Shown here: positions 31,601 through 44,650 of the stretch, in pieces
Numbering within the stretch: the stretch's first letter is position 1
Layout: each line of letters opens with the position of its first letter
Assembly (NCBI GenBank): GCA_965203295.1
Contig: CBDBCZ010000014.1
Coordinates: forward strand, 288,001-352,000
Length of the DNA stretch: 64,000 nucleotides
Reading direction: 5' to 3'
DNA from: Nitrospirales bacterium
GTDB taxonomy: Bacteria; Nitrospirota; Nitrospiria; Nitrospirales; UBA8639
Translations under genes and position numbers: made by a program
The notes under the pieces: generated by a model
What the model was told of the DNA's origin: nothing
The model's input: only the letters and a program-made list of their open reading frames with translations
The model's database searches: none

Positions 31601-32783
31601 CTCAATATTTCATGATTTCATACAGAAAATGTCATATCCAGTAACCCTCTTTCATTGCTTTAAGTAATAACCATTCCTGTTGCTATGTTATCTCTTGTGA
31701 TGCAGCCTTTGGCATTCTTAATGAGGAACTGTATGCTTGTGATCACTCAACCATATATTGCAATGATGTGATATGTGCTCATTACATCGTACCCATCCTC
31801 TATTATTGCACACAGCCCCACCCCGTACACCCACATTGTCAAGCCAAGATCACTTGGGAGCTATACAGAGATCTGCCTGTGAAGATGTCTTATGTACAGA
31901 CTGTTGTTATCAGGGACAGAGTGTACTGTGGTGGTGGTACTGCTGCAGGTGATGATCAGTACCGGGTCTTCTGCTACAGTCCATCAGAAGACTTATGGAA
32001 CACACTACCAGATTGTGATGTATGTTGGTTTGGGCTCGGCCAGGTGAGGGGAAAACTTGTCACAGTCGGTGGCATGAAGAGATATGGTGGCAATGTCACC
32101 AATGAATTGTATGAGTTTGATGAAGTGACTCACGGTTGGAAGCAGTCAATTCCACCCATGCTGATAGCACGTGACTCACCAGCTGTTCTAAGCCACCACT
32201 ACACCCTGACTGTTGCCGGGGGTAGCACTGGTACTTTTCTCTCAAAACGCATATCAGTCCCAGTGTTGAAGTTTTCAGAGAAGACACCTCCCAGTGGCAC
32301 ATGACTGAGCCCCTCCCATTCCGCTGGCGTGATCCCTCCTCACTACTCATCAACAACAGGTGGTACCTCCTGGGTGGAGCAGCTGAGGGAGAGGTCTATT
32401 CCAACCGAGCAGTGTGTGCCCACGTCGACATACTTCTTCAGAAGGCCCTCCCTCGTGACCAAGCATCCACTGACAGTGACAGTACCAACAACTCAGCATG
32501 GGAGGTTCTCCCCAACACCCCACACTATGCACCAGCCGCAGCCACCTTTGGTTCCTCTCTCCTGGCAGTGGGGGGACCCACTACTGACCATTCATTAAAC
32601 CCACAATCTGCAGTCCATGTCTACTCTCCCTGCACCAATGCATGGATCCACATCAGTGATCTACCAGCCCCTCGATTATGGACTGCTACTGCAATACTGT
32701 CGCCAACAGAACTCCTAGTTATTGGTGGCTGGAACAATTCACATCAGGAATCAGTATATAAAGGGCTCCGCCGGAGTCAGTGA
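28662..32783 (+). CDS. Ser/Thr (TKL-like) kinase + long coiled coil + kelch-like beta-propeller. Exons 28662-28680, 28862-30837, 31816-32783; frameshift near 32245
   Basis: GRGSYAVV, CAGK, HPNIVQFIG, HRDLSANNVLL, KISDLG, PGTPSYMPPE; QNETHQAEMRA repeats; kelch GG..Y..W motifs; splice phases are compatible. Confidence 0.85.
30205..30470 (+). repeat. 33-bp coding tandem repeat (11-aa EMRAQNETHQA), about 8 units, plus ~3 units at 29890-29990
   Basis: Repeated gagatgagggctcagaatgagacgcaccaagcc variants. Confidence 0.9.
31095..31167. mobile_element. 73-bp AcademH-like mini-element
   Basis: tagcctcgttcccaggctcc...ggagcctgggaacaaggcta with 9-bp TSD ataaaatag. Confidence 0.8.
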
Positions 32784-33235
32784 TTGATATATCATACACT
32801 GTAGTTGATACTGCATCATTCTATTCTTGTGGTTTTTGTATCATTAATTAATCATCACATGTATGGCCTTCTTTTATTTGTTTCCTAATTCACCATATCA
32901 TAAAGCTGCACCCTGCAAGCTTCTGTAAAATCATTTTTTTAGCATTTTTGTTACAATTATATTATGTTTGGCCACATAATTAATCATTATGTAGTAATGT
33001 ACTTTGTAATTATGTTTCACCACATAATTAATATACTTTGTACCACCAAACAACACTTTATTATAAACAAGTCTGACATTTCATGTCTAAAAAACCAGCC
33101 GGACGCATTTCCCGTACAATACACACAACTCAGCTTACAGCCATATTCCTAGAGCGGTGATTAGTCTAATGGCTGGTGTTATACATTGACAGTATAGGTA
33201 CAGAGGTAGGTATATATACACTCCCAAGTGTACAT

Positions 33236-33791
33236 GTAATAGTTGTACCATGGGTTTCTAGGGTGTATGGGATTTGTACTCTGAGGGCAGTTATATGTAT
33301 TCCCGAGGGCGCAGCCCGAGGGAATACATAAAACTGCACGAAGAGTACAAACCCATACACCCTAGAAACCCATGGTACAGGTGACTTGTACCATAATACA
33401 ATTACAAACGCTGTTAGTTATGACAAGCGCTAATGGAGAAGCATTAGTTGCCTGTAACCGCAAATATATTTGTACCATAATGCACCTCTACATGAAAGGC
33501 ACCGCCCAGGGTATATCAGCCATACACCCTAGCGGCTCGTTTGAACTGTCAATATACCCTAGGGTATATGGTTGCCAGGCAACTAATGCTTCTCCATTAG
33601 CGCTTGTCATAACAGCGTTTGTAATTGTATTATGGTACAAGTCAGCTGTACCATGGGTTTCTAGGGTGTATGGGTTTGTACTCTTCGTGCAGTTATATGT
33701 ATTCCCTCGGGCTGCGCCCTCGGGAATACATATAACTGCCCTCAGAGTACAAATCCCATACACCCTAGAAACCCATGGTACAACTATTACA
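33236..33791. mobile_element. Foldback MITE with ~140-bp near-perfect TIRs, each internally palindromic
   Basis: 33236-33380 mirrors 33645-33791; an inner inverted pair lies at ~33390-33450/33575-33640; flanks are TA-rich. Confidence 0.85.
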
Positions 33792-34286
33792 TATATATAT
33801 ATATAGATCTATATGAGGGGATAAAATGAGAAGAAGAAAAAAGTTCACAAAACAGCACTTAATCAGATACAGGCCCTATGTAATAGTAATATAGTGTATT
33901 GAATGTATATACATACGCGCATGCGGTTACAGCATAGTAACAGTAGCTACTCAGTTTGTGGGAGTGTGTTTGTGTGTCTGTTACCTTGCTAACAGCTACG
34001 CCGTTAACGTACGGGTACAAAGTAAGATAGCAAATGCGGTGCTGAAGGTTTCTGATTCATGGATTTCGCTAAAAATACTTGGTTCAAAAGTTACGGCGTT
34101 ATTTGCTCACCACAACGAACTTTGACGGTTTCGACAGCGAGTAGATACATCATCAGATTTTTTAATGACTACTGAAGACTACGGTAGGTTAGCTGCTGTT
34201 TCTAACGCCGTCGGTTCGAAACTACACTGGCTAGCTATCTAGCTCTGTGGGCGTGTCAGACACGCCTCTCATGCGTGACGTATGAC

Positions 34287-34329
34287 CATAGATAATATAG
34301 ACTCCGTTACGGAGTCTATATTATCTATG
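34287..34329. mobile_element. 21+1+21-bp CATAG...CTATG hairpin, putative P-element remnant
   Basis: Flanked by gtatgac on both sides. Confidence 0.7.
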
Positions 34330-36078
34330 GTATGACTGGACTTGGAACATACATGAAAGACAATACATACTATGCTATTGATATAAAAAAGAAGATACTG
34401 TGGGATACAAAAACAAAATTAATAACAGAAACTATCATGTGAAACAAAAGATTACTGTATTTGCAACATTTTCTCTTGCTTATACTCATTCTAGATGCCG
34501 AAGGTAGCATAATTATTTAGTATTTCGCAATAATGCCGCCGAGGGTTATGCACTTATGTGCTTTCATTACTGTAGTGTAGAGTCAAGCCTGAGGCTAGCT
34601 ATATAGCTGTGCATGGCACTAGGACTTGATGGTCATGGGTGTGCCGTGCCATACTGCTCCTAAGCCACTTGTGACACTGTCTCCTCCATGGTAGGGTGGA
34701 CCTGGCAGGCAGGAGGCACGTACAACAGCTGCTGAATAAAGCCTGGAAACAGCTGCTGCAGGGTATGTACACATACTTACAGTATTTGAGAAGCATTGCA
34801 ATGTTTAATAAAGAGCACAAAACCAGTGGTACAGGAAATTGAGGAAATTGTATACAAATCCTGCACACTCATTGCAGTTCAGAACAGAGTAATACTTCTC
34901 AAAGTGGACACCTACATGCAGATTTGTGACCACTCTGCCTTAATTAATTAATTATACAGTCCACTTAAAGTAGCAACAGCTTGAATGTGGCACGTTGCTA
35001 TATGCTGCTCAAATATTGTAAGCACAAAATATGATACCAGCTGTGTTTCCCAGGCTCTATAGTCATATGAGAACCGGTGCATGGTACACTTGAGAGAGAC
35101 ACACAATATTCCATACCACAACCTTACCTGAAGCACCTTCTCAAAGTCAGACTGGATGAGGGTGAACACGTCCACATGAGTGACTGCCCTCACGGAGGAC
35201 TCCATGGGCGTGCTGTAGATGAGGCTCTTCTGGCCAAAGTAGCCACCCTCCTGCAGTACCTCGGCCACCAGCTGAGGGGCATTTTCATCCAGTACTTCCA
35301 CCTGTTGAGAGGAAAGATGCTAGCTATGTTGTGGTCATGGCAATGGTATGTAGTCAATAACAGGTAGCACAATTTTTGAAACAGAACTATTTCTTTTATA
35401 CAGGGGATACGTATATAATATAGCATGGTTAGTAGGTGTATATGCGATATATACCTAGCATCGAGGTCAGAGGAAGTTTACGTCATATAGCCCGAGGCGC
35501 GAAGCGCCGAGGGCTATATGACGTAAACTTCCGATGACTGAGATGTGTGGTCGTATATACTCGCATATACACCGTATACTAACCATGCTATATCGTATAT
35601 ATGCTATAGATGTGTGGGTGGACGGTTAGTGCGCATGCGCATATACTACTGCGTGCCAGTTCGAAAGAGAAGTAGGCAAGGATCGAGCTAGATCAAGATG
35701 GCGCGCTGTGGTATTATACATGCATGTCTGCTGCTTCTGATTGTACATCCTCTTTGAATCAACTCATTTCCTGTTAAATAAGTGTCTGAAATATACACTG
35801 GTGTATATTTAGGCTGGGTTTATACGTGATATATACACCTAGCGGTGACTTTGATCCACCCACGCACTATAGTATATACTATACGTAGCTGTGGATAAAC
35901 AATCTGGAATATGCAGAAGGGGCTTGATATGAACTCGAAGTATGTGCGGTTCTTGTATGCTTGGAGAGAGTACACATTTTATTTGTAAGTAGGCACAAAA
36001 CTAAAGGGATGGGATGAGTACATAATTAGAGGGTATGAGTGTCAAATGTAGGTTGGAGTGGATCCGTACTCAGGGATA

Positions 36079-36679
36079 CCGTAGGCGCCGGTTTTTAAGC
36101 ACCCTCACTTTTAAGCACCTATACACTTTTAAGCACCCATCCCGCTCTTGATTTTTCGGGCAGCAATAAGCACCTATTCTAATTATACGCTATCAAGAGT
36201 GAAAATTTTTCGTTGAACTATCTACCGGTAGCTAGCTAAAGTCGCGCCCGACGGATCACTTTCGAGTTGTGCCTTCTAGTTCGACCAATCAAAGTGTTTG
36301 GATAACGAAGCAATGAGATTGCTCGGTCTGCTGGAACAGCTGGAATAAAATGGTGAGAAGTAGAGCTGTTATGTCAGGGCCAGGGCCTTGTACACATGAT
36401 GCCCTCGGATGACATCGCGATGGATGTAAATTGCCGTTTCCTCGGGAGAAGTCATCTTTCTTATTGAAAGGCAGAACTGCTTGAAAAGCAAGGAACGATT
36501 GCTTCTTTATAAGCGTAGCGGATCGATCAATAGCTGTCTAAATTTGCGCCCGTGCACATGGCAAATAATTGTGGGCGTGGCCTAAAACAGCTCGTTTTTA
36601 GGCACCTTCCGCTTTTTAAGCACCCATTTTGTTGCTATTGTCCCGATAAGCACCGGTGCTTAAAAACCGGCGCCTACGG
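36079..36679. mobile_element. pogo/Tigger-like MITE
   Basis: ccgtaggcgccggtttttaagcacc...ggtgcttaaaaaccggcgcctacgg with TA TSD; internal taagcacc repeats. Confidence 0.88.
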
Positions 36680-37154
36680 TAGGCTGATGAGTACTCATAC
36701 TCAGGGCTGGGTAGGAGTGGGGTAAGTGAACTCACTGTGCCATGGAAGAGGAAGAACATGCCACGTCTCCCTTGTGTACGATGTGCTCCCCGGCAGGAAG
36801 AGGCAGGGCTGCACCATCAGGGTCAGGTGACGCAGGAACGCCGAGTCAGCAGAGGCAATTGAAGATTGGGACTTGCAAGCCAAGGAGATGGCAGTGCATG
36901 AAGGCTGAGGTGACTCAAGCTCCACCTGCATTATGTGGGTGTGTGGTCAATGGCGTAAGCGCTACGGCAGCAACATTAGTACACTTCTTCACTATTCATT
37001 ATCCATGCTGCATATTCTCCACAAAATAAAGAATCACCCTCTAATAATGTTACAGTATAAAAGGAAAGTTTCGCATGGTACAAAACATTTTGCTTTTTGC
37101 AATATTTGTTCTAACGGTATTTTGGCAAGAAACTGCACTTACTAGAATCCCAAT

Positions 37155-37592
37155 AATTGGGCGAGCGTGAGCGAGCCCCACACTAGTGTGTTCAATTGCA
37201 AGTTTGTCTGTGCGTACGGTGAACGTACGCACATACCGCATATCGTTTCGCGTTTCAATATAACGTTTCAAATAGTTTCCGTAATATTCCAAATTGTTCA
37301 CGTGGCCACGGTGGCTGCAGTGCAGCTAGCTTAGGGATGCTCTCACAGAGTAGACGGCAGCGGCAAAGGCTACAGCGTTGCCGTATATATCCCCAGGTTG
37401 GCGATAAGTCACATTGGAACAGCAGAGAGCGAGTTCTAGAGCCAGAAGAGTTGTCATTTCTCCAGGCCACCGACAGTGACACTGAGACGAGAGAAGGAGC
37501 CAAAAGAGCTGCTGAGGGCGCGTCGCCGCTAACGTACGCATGGGCTAATACCTCGCTCACGCTCGCCCCACAATGCTTTGCATTCACCTAGT
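37155..37592 (+). mobile_element. Helitron/Helentron-like non-autonomous repeat
   Basis: 5' gggcgagcgtgagcgagcccc hairpin; 3' inverted ctcgctcacgctcgcccc followed by CTAG; a related copy starts at ~43303. Confidence 0.5.
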
Positions 37593-37690
37593 ATCCTTGA
37601 AAACCTATCACTACAGAAGACAGAGCTTCTGTTAGCACCACACCAGAAGAGAGAAGTGAATATCATCACCCACTTTCTTGAACAGGACCT

Positions 37691-37821
<131 letters not shown>

Positions 37822-38684
37822 CAACTTATCACTGAGAGTATACTGTTTGCATCGCGGAATATCACCACCCACTTCTTTGAGCAGGGCCTCAGTGGTGGCC
37901 AGAGAGACCTCGGCCTGCATGCAGTAGGGCATGTCCCCCAGTAGGTTCCTACGGTCAGTGCTCTTGTTCCACACCCAGATGTAGTCTAAGAAGTCCAGAA
38001 CACACTGCTGCATGCAAGATGGGAGGTGCTGTCCCCGTATATAGTCCTGGAGGGTGAAGGGGGAGGGGTGGAAGGAGAGAGAGAAAGAGAACACTCATTA
38101 AGAGTGGGCTCATATTCAGAGATGGGTGAGTAGGCAAATGAATAAACATGCATGCCTATAGACCTGTGCTAATTACCTGGAAACCATACTGTTACCGTCC
38201 ACAGAGTCAGTTACTTCGTTAATTCTCATTTATGCTAGTTGCGTTCGATATAATTATGATGAATACAGAATCTGACTCGGCCATTACAAGCTAGTGTACC
38301 TAGTAGCTGTACATGCTATCACCACACCCTGAGCTTCTCCTCGAAGAGTACTCTCTGGGTGTCCAGCATGGAGGCGATGCTCCCCAGGATGAAGCCGAAC
38401 AGGAGTTTCCCGAACACCATCACAAGGATCACATACAGCATCTCCTGATTTGAATAAATGTATGCATGAATAATGACTAAAGTGCCATAGATCCAAGTTT
38501 TTTTCTGCATAGATTTTGTTTATGTGAAGTATATGAGACACAGGAGCTCGAATTTATCATAGTATACATGTGGCCTCATTTTTTGGTGGTAACGAAAATG
38601 TTGTATCACTACTCTGTTGCATAGCTGGTTGGGTCAAACCTCTTGACCCAAAGTGATTACCACATGATTACATAGACACCACTA

Positions 38685-38772
38685 ATGTAGACAAATAGCA
38701 TTTCCTGTTGCTATGTAGACAAATAGCATTTCCTGTTGCTATGTAGACAAATAGCATTTCCTGTTGCTATGT
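38685..38772 (+). repeat. 28-bp tandem repeat x3
   Basis: atgtagacaaatagcatttcctgttgct repeated three times. Confidence 0.95.
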
Positions 38773-41700
38773 ATTCGGGCGCAAGCCCTGACATTTTGTT
38801 GAAACTGAAGTGGCATGTTGCTGTCAAGTTACATATCAAAACATAGTCAAACATACCCCCCTAGTGGTATCACTGCATGGGAGTACGGGAATGAGACTGA
38901 CCTGCACATTAGTGGCAGACAGGTCCCCATACCCGGTACTGGTGAGGGTGGCCACAGCCCAGTAGAGGCTGCTACAGTAGTGGTCGGTGTCGGAGACTGT
39001 GGTGTTGATGAGGAAAGCAGTATAGTTTTTGGTCTTAATTTGAAACTCAAGTACAGTTGACGGCAACTCAGTTGTTAATTGGCTTGTAGTATGTACGTGC
39101 ACGTACATATTCAAAATACTTAGCATTATAGACAGGCCAGCCTGATTGTAGCACGTGGCATGACAGGCCTTGCTAACATTTTTACCTTAATAAGCGACAC
39201 TTTAATTTAAACATGCCCACCTCTGGTTTAGTCGTTTCTCCTCCCTTGAGAAGAACCCCTGGATCTGTGCCGCCCTCAGGACGTGTACAGCACCACTGCC
39301 GTGCGGATGTCGGGCTTGGGGATGGTGAGGGCGATGAGCTCGTAGAGGAACACGGCTGCCAAGTCCAGGGAGAAGCCCATGGGATCCTTAAGGTAGGGAG
39401 GGCAACACTCTTGAAGTTGTTGACTGTCCGGCCCTAGGCGTCCTCACAGGAGAGGTGGAATTTGATGAGGATCTGGTTGAGGAGGTAGGGAGAGGGCAGA
39501 AGGGTGGAGGATTGGAAAAATGAATGGAGTAGAAGGATGGAAAAATGAAGGTAGGGAGAAGGCAAAAAGATGGTGGAATGGAGAAGAAGAATACCATACA
39601 GACAGCCAGATGATTAGAGCAATGGAAGTGATCTAGTCAGATAAAACTAAGTCTCCCTTCCTGAGCAACGGAGGTGAGGCACTGCAGCTGTGTAGTGTAT
39701 ACTTTTCACTTCAGCAGTGAAGTAGAGTGCAAAGAGGTAGTTGATGGCCCAGAGCCAGGGGGCGTTGTTTTGGAAGGCAGGTAGCTGATGGAGAAGGCAC
39801 TGAAGTAGGCCATCAGGCAACCCAGGAGGTGGATGACAGTGGCCATCGTTCCATCCTGGGAGGGAGGGAGGGAGGGAGAGAAATGGAGTTTCACTAGTCC
39901 TACTTCCATCCCATATGAAAAAGGAGTAGTACTTATGAGTGGCACTAGCACACCAGATTCACAGCACACGTACCACTGGTGTGCTATGAAGAGAAGTGTG
40001 CATGGCACACTATCATTGTAAACTAATGCACGCCACTTGTATTATTCAAGTGGTCATAGCACACTGAGAGTGCACAGCACACCGATTATGACGTTCGTAA
40101 TATCTATCAATTGCTTGCTGTCAACCCAACGGTATAAAGCCACCACGATGCGAGAATGAAGTAGCTACTGTGAGAATGGCTTCCTTGGTGACTACTGAGT
40201 TGCAGTATGTTGTTCGAGGATATCATGAATACCTGTATATCTGGACTCCAGAGGGGACTCCAGAAGTTCGGTGAGGTACTCACTACAGTGGTGGAAATGG
40301 AGAACAAACATGACAGTTACGCTGTTGCAGTTGTCGCTCATGAGCTTGGGACTGTGGGGCGTGTTCCCAGAAAGATTTCAAGGCTCTGCCACTCCTGGTC
40401 GCTTTCAAGATTCTAAAAACCTCTATTTAAAATGCGCCCCCTAAAAATAATTGCTGGGGACAGGGGGCGCCTTATTTAGAGCAAGAAAAATTGTTTCTCT
40501 TCGAAAAGGCGCCTGTATTAGAGAGATGCCTTAATTAGAACGAATACGGTAGTTTGATAGTGATTTGTTGAAGAACACAGTGAGTTTCCATGTGGCTATA
40601 GTATCATCTTGTTTTAATGCCGTTATGACATCACATTTTTTTCAAATCTTGGGGGAGGGGGGAAAACTCCTGCTGGGGGGGATGGGGATCCCAGTGCACA
40701 CACCCCCTCCCCCCCTCAGTATGAAAGAGCTCTGAAGTGGATTTTTGCCTAAAATGGAATATATGTTCACTCTTGTTGCTGTAGTACTGAAGCCAGATTT
40801 AGTTTCTGTGATGCTAAATCACTTATAATATTGCAGGGTACACTACCATCCACATCTGTAGCTGCTGATTTAACAATCACGAAGGATAAAGTTCAGACAT
40901 TGGAGGTAAACTTTATTTTGTGCCTCATACTGGCCAGTTGCATTCCTGTAGACTATACAATCCACTTGCCCTTTGTGTCCATACCTTTTACTTATGCCTT
41001 ACACTTTTTATGCTGGACTTTATATAGGAATCTCAGCATAGACTTAATTGGACCATGTACCTCCAGCTCTGTAGACTATATATGCATATGTAATTATGAT
41101 GTCATGGTGATTCAGGGGGGTCAGGGCCAAAAGGGGGTTTGTGTTGGCAACAAACTATGGCCCTGTGGCTATGTACTATGTACCTAACTGGTATGACTTC
41201 AAGGTCTTCTCACATATGCTCATGCAACTGCACTTCATTAGCAGACGTCACATCAGTTCTATTCACATCCACCGATTCCTAACCCTGAATCATCGGATAT
41301 GGTGGCCCTCTGATTTTTCCTTGTGTAAAAGTAGTCTCGTGCCCAGACACCCACGCCCTCTCAGCGAAAGAGTGTCTGGTAGCTTGATGTAAAAATTTTG
41401 TCACAGAGTCATGTCATGCATATGCAAGACCTTTAGCAATTGTTTGCAACGACATTCCCTGAATCCTGAAGCTTCAGCTGACAATAAGGGAGTTGTTGAC
41501 TGTTTGGTCTCACTGGTCAACCCGAATCTTCAACCCGAATCTTCAACCAGCCACTCCGAAGGCAAATGGTATAGTGAAATACAAGGAGGAGAGCCACGAT
41601 TTTGCCTTGGTAGTATCACTAAAACATTCTTTCCTTGTGCAAACTCATTAACCGCCTGAGCTTGTTGGTGATTAGTTCAGTCATGTTAGGTTTAATTCCG

Positions 41701-43988
41701 CACTGGCGATTTGATTCATGCTTTGAAATTCCAGATCACTAAGGTGTTGGAAACAAATATTATACTCCATGGGAGGGCATGGGAGTCTGGGTGCCAAAGG
41801 TGAAGAAGGACTGCAAGACACTCTTGTGGCCAGTAGATGGGCAGCCCCTTATCAGCAATTTATTACAACTACAATTTATCAGCAACTAGCACCTAGGTTT
41901 CCCAGGTCACACACTGGACAGCAGTTGATTAGGGAAGTAGTATTGTCTTCTTCATTCCCAGATTCCATGCACTTCCCAGCTGCAGCCAGCTGGTCTGGGA
42001 ATGGCAGCTCTAGAACATGTGCATTGCAGTGCCAGCTGTTTGTGCCTCATGTGTTCAGCAGCTGCTAGCTACGTATTTGCTCATTCTCTGCTGGTGTGGT
42101 TCTCATGGAATACGTTCCTTGTTGTCTCTCCCCTAGTTCACGGTGATGGGGTGTATGTGGGTGTCTCCAGCAGAGGCGAGTTTGGAACTGGGCCCGTGTC
42201 TGTCTGTAATCTAGCTGTACTGCACGGCAATTTTGTCTGCTGCTTGCATGTATAAGGAACTTTCACGACGACTAACAGCAACACACAGAGCATATTTGGA
42301 TGATTGCCTGAAAGATTGACGTGTGCATTCAGTTTTCAAGTTTACTTTAGTGTCACTGACTGAGCTATAAAATTTTGTGCTAAACTCCACCCACTCAGGA
42401 AATATGCACAGACTGTACCTATAATATAGGCCAGACTTTTTGGTAATTGCTTTGCAGTGTAAGAATGGCAACTGAAAAGTAGTGCACCTGAGTGTCATAA
42501 TAACTGCAGTGATAACAGCAAGTTAACTTTCAGTTTCTTGCAGGTTTTGCACATGCATGTGCATGTGCATCTGGACAGGTATAGGCTAGCCTCATTCCTA
42601 GGCTCTCACGGAGGCAGGGCAGATGCTACTGGTAGTTGCAAAAAGTCTGTGGATCATGAATATTGTTTCGTTTCCATTTCCGTTTCCATCTCCATCGTTC
42701 CTGGTTTACCACTGCGCCCCATAGCATGTATGTGAAATTCAGTGGTGGTTTTCAGAGGGGGGGGGGGCACTCCCAAAGGTGCAACTGAGACGACGGGTCA
42801 AAGCTTTGACCAGCGGTTTGACCGTTGACCACACTGATTTTCAGCCTTTGACCACTCTGCAATTTTTGCCATCGATTGCACGAGGAACTTTACCAAAAGC
42901 TTGCGACTCGATCAGAGTCTACTGAAAAGCGCTTGAGTAATAAACTGCAGACTGTTGTGCTTACATACAAGTCCATCCCATTCCGCACTGCGACCTGCGT
43001 TGTCAGCGTTGACCGATTTTCTGAGCACGCTGTGACCGTTGACCACACCCTTTTGAGCGGCTTAGACCGTTGACAATTGACCGACAGCAGTCACAGTTGT
43101 GACTACCAAGTGTATGGGAGTGACCCCCCCCCCCCTTCCCCTTGGTTGTTGATAGCAGCATGGATTGAAATGGGTTTGGAAACGGAAGTAGCTATCTGTG
43201 TTATGGTTAGTTTGCTTCGTTTGTATACCTCTACCACCTGTACAAGTATAAAATCTGCACTTTATTGACAGTCCAAGCAATGCTTACAGGATCTGACAGT
43301 ATTATTGGGGCGAGCCTGAGCGAGCCCCACACTAGCGAGTTGGCTCTGCATTTCTGTCTGTCCGTATTATGGTACGTACGTTGTGCCAAAACTATGCACA
43401 GTGTTCTATATTTGCGGCCTTGCTAATTTAACCACCTATGTATCAGACAGGAGAGGGACGCCGCGCTTCCGAGACAGCAGAACAATGGGAAGTATACCAA
43501 AATAGTTTCCTAGCTAAATGACAGTTCAGTAGCTATGTGCTTGTCATAGACTACCCCATGAGCAGTAGGCGTGTCGTCAATCTGCCCCAGGATACTGCCT
43601 GCTTTGTAGATTGCCATGACTGTGTCCAGTGAGCTCAGTGTCATGGTTATGTGACTTACATGTGAAAATTCCAACATGCTTAGTGCTTGCTGGCTAACTT
43701 CACTCCAATGCTTCCTAGTCTGCTAGCTGAGGGTGTATGATTGCCAAGCAACCATGCTCAATAATTGGACCTAGCTATCTAGGCCCAGTGCACTAGGCAC
43801 TTACATGTAAAACCCGGTTCAGGATCCAGCTAAACCAGCTTGGTGTAAACAGGTTGAATGGGTTTGGAAACCTGCTTACTTAATCCACCTCAGGATGTTG
43901 TTTGAATCCTGTTTGAAACTGAATGCGGATTACCAGCTGCTGTTTGTACAGAGGTTTGCAGGTGGGTTGTCCACTGCTGAGGGCGAAT

Positions 43989-44286
43989 TAGTCTCGTGCC
44001 CAGCCCCACGTTAGGAAGGTGGGTCTGGCTCCCCGCAGATTCAAAGTTGGGGCAGCATTACGTCAGCGGTCCCAGATCTGGACCGGCGATGTGATTGGTT
44101 GATTATAGTATTACATCACTAAACGGTGTGAATATCCGGATATTACAACCGTTTAGTGATGTAATACTATAGTCGACCAATCACATCGCCGGTCCAGATC
44201 TGGGACCGCTGACGTAATGCTGCCCCAACTTTGAATATGCGGGGAGCCAGACCCACCTTCCTAACGTGGGGCTGGGCACGAGACTA
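43989..44286. mobile_element. AcademH-like near-perfect 298-bp palindrome
   Basis: Arms of ~140 bp; exact 9-bp TSD agggcgaat. Confidence 0.9.
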
Positions 44287-44494
44287 AGGGCGAATAGGCA
44301 GTGGTTCTCAAGCACATAATTAGGTTAGGCTGTCAGAATCAAAGGCCAACAGTTTACACTGTTAAATAGTCCACTCCCATTTGCCTACTGCACTGGACAA
44401 TCAACCTGTATAGTACTAAACACAGTAATGCGTTTACACACTAATTGGCTTCCCAGTAGGCATGTGGACATATTAATCTGGATACAAACCAGTA

Positions 44495-44650
44495 AACCGG
44501 TTTTACTACGTGTGCAAACGGGAGGGGGGGGGGGGAACCGGTTTTACTACGTGTGCAAACGGGAGGGGGGGGGAACCGGTTTTACTACGTGTGCAAACAG
44601 GAGGGGGGGGGGAACCGGTTTTACTACGTGTGCAAACGGGGGGGGGGGGG
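44495..44650 (+). repeat. ~40-bp tandem repeat x4 with variable G-runs
   Basis: aaccggttttactacgtgtgcaaac followed by G-rich runs. Confidence 0.92.

Noticed and set aside
36683..36710. CTGATGA as a hammerhead ribozyme core (also ~45214, ~46669)
   Set aside because: No stem II plus GAAA or closing stems are present.
40831..42280. Possible additional degraded exons
   Set aside because: Multiple stops and no recognisable motif; cannot be assigned.
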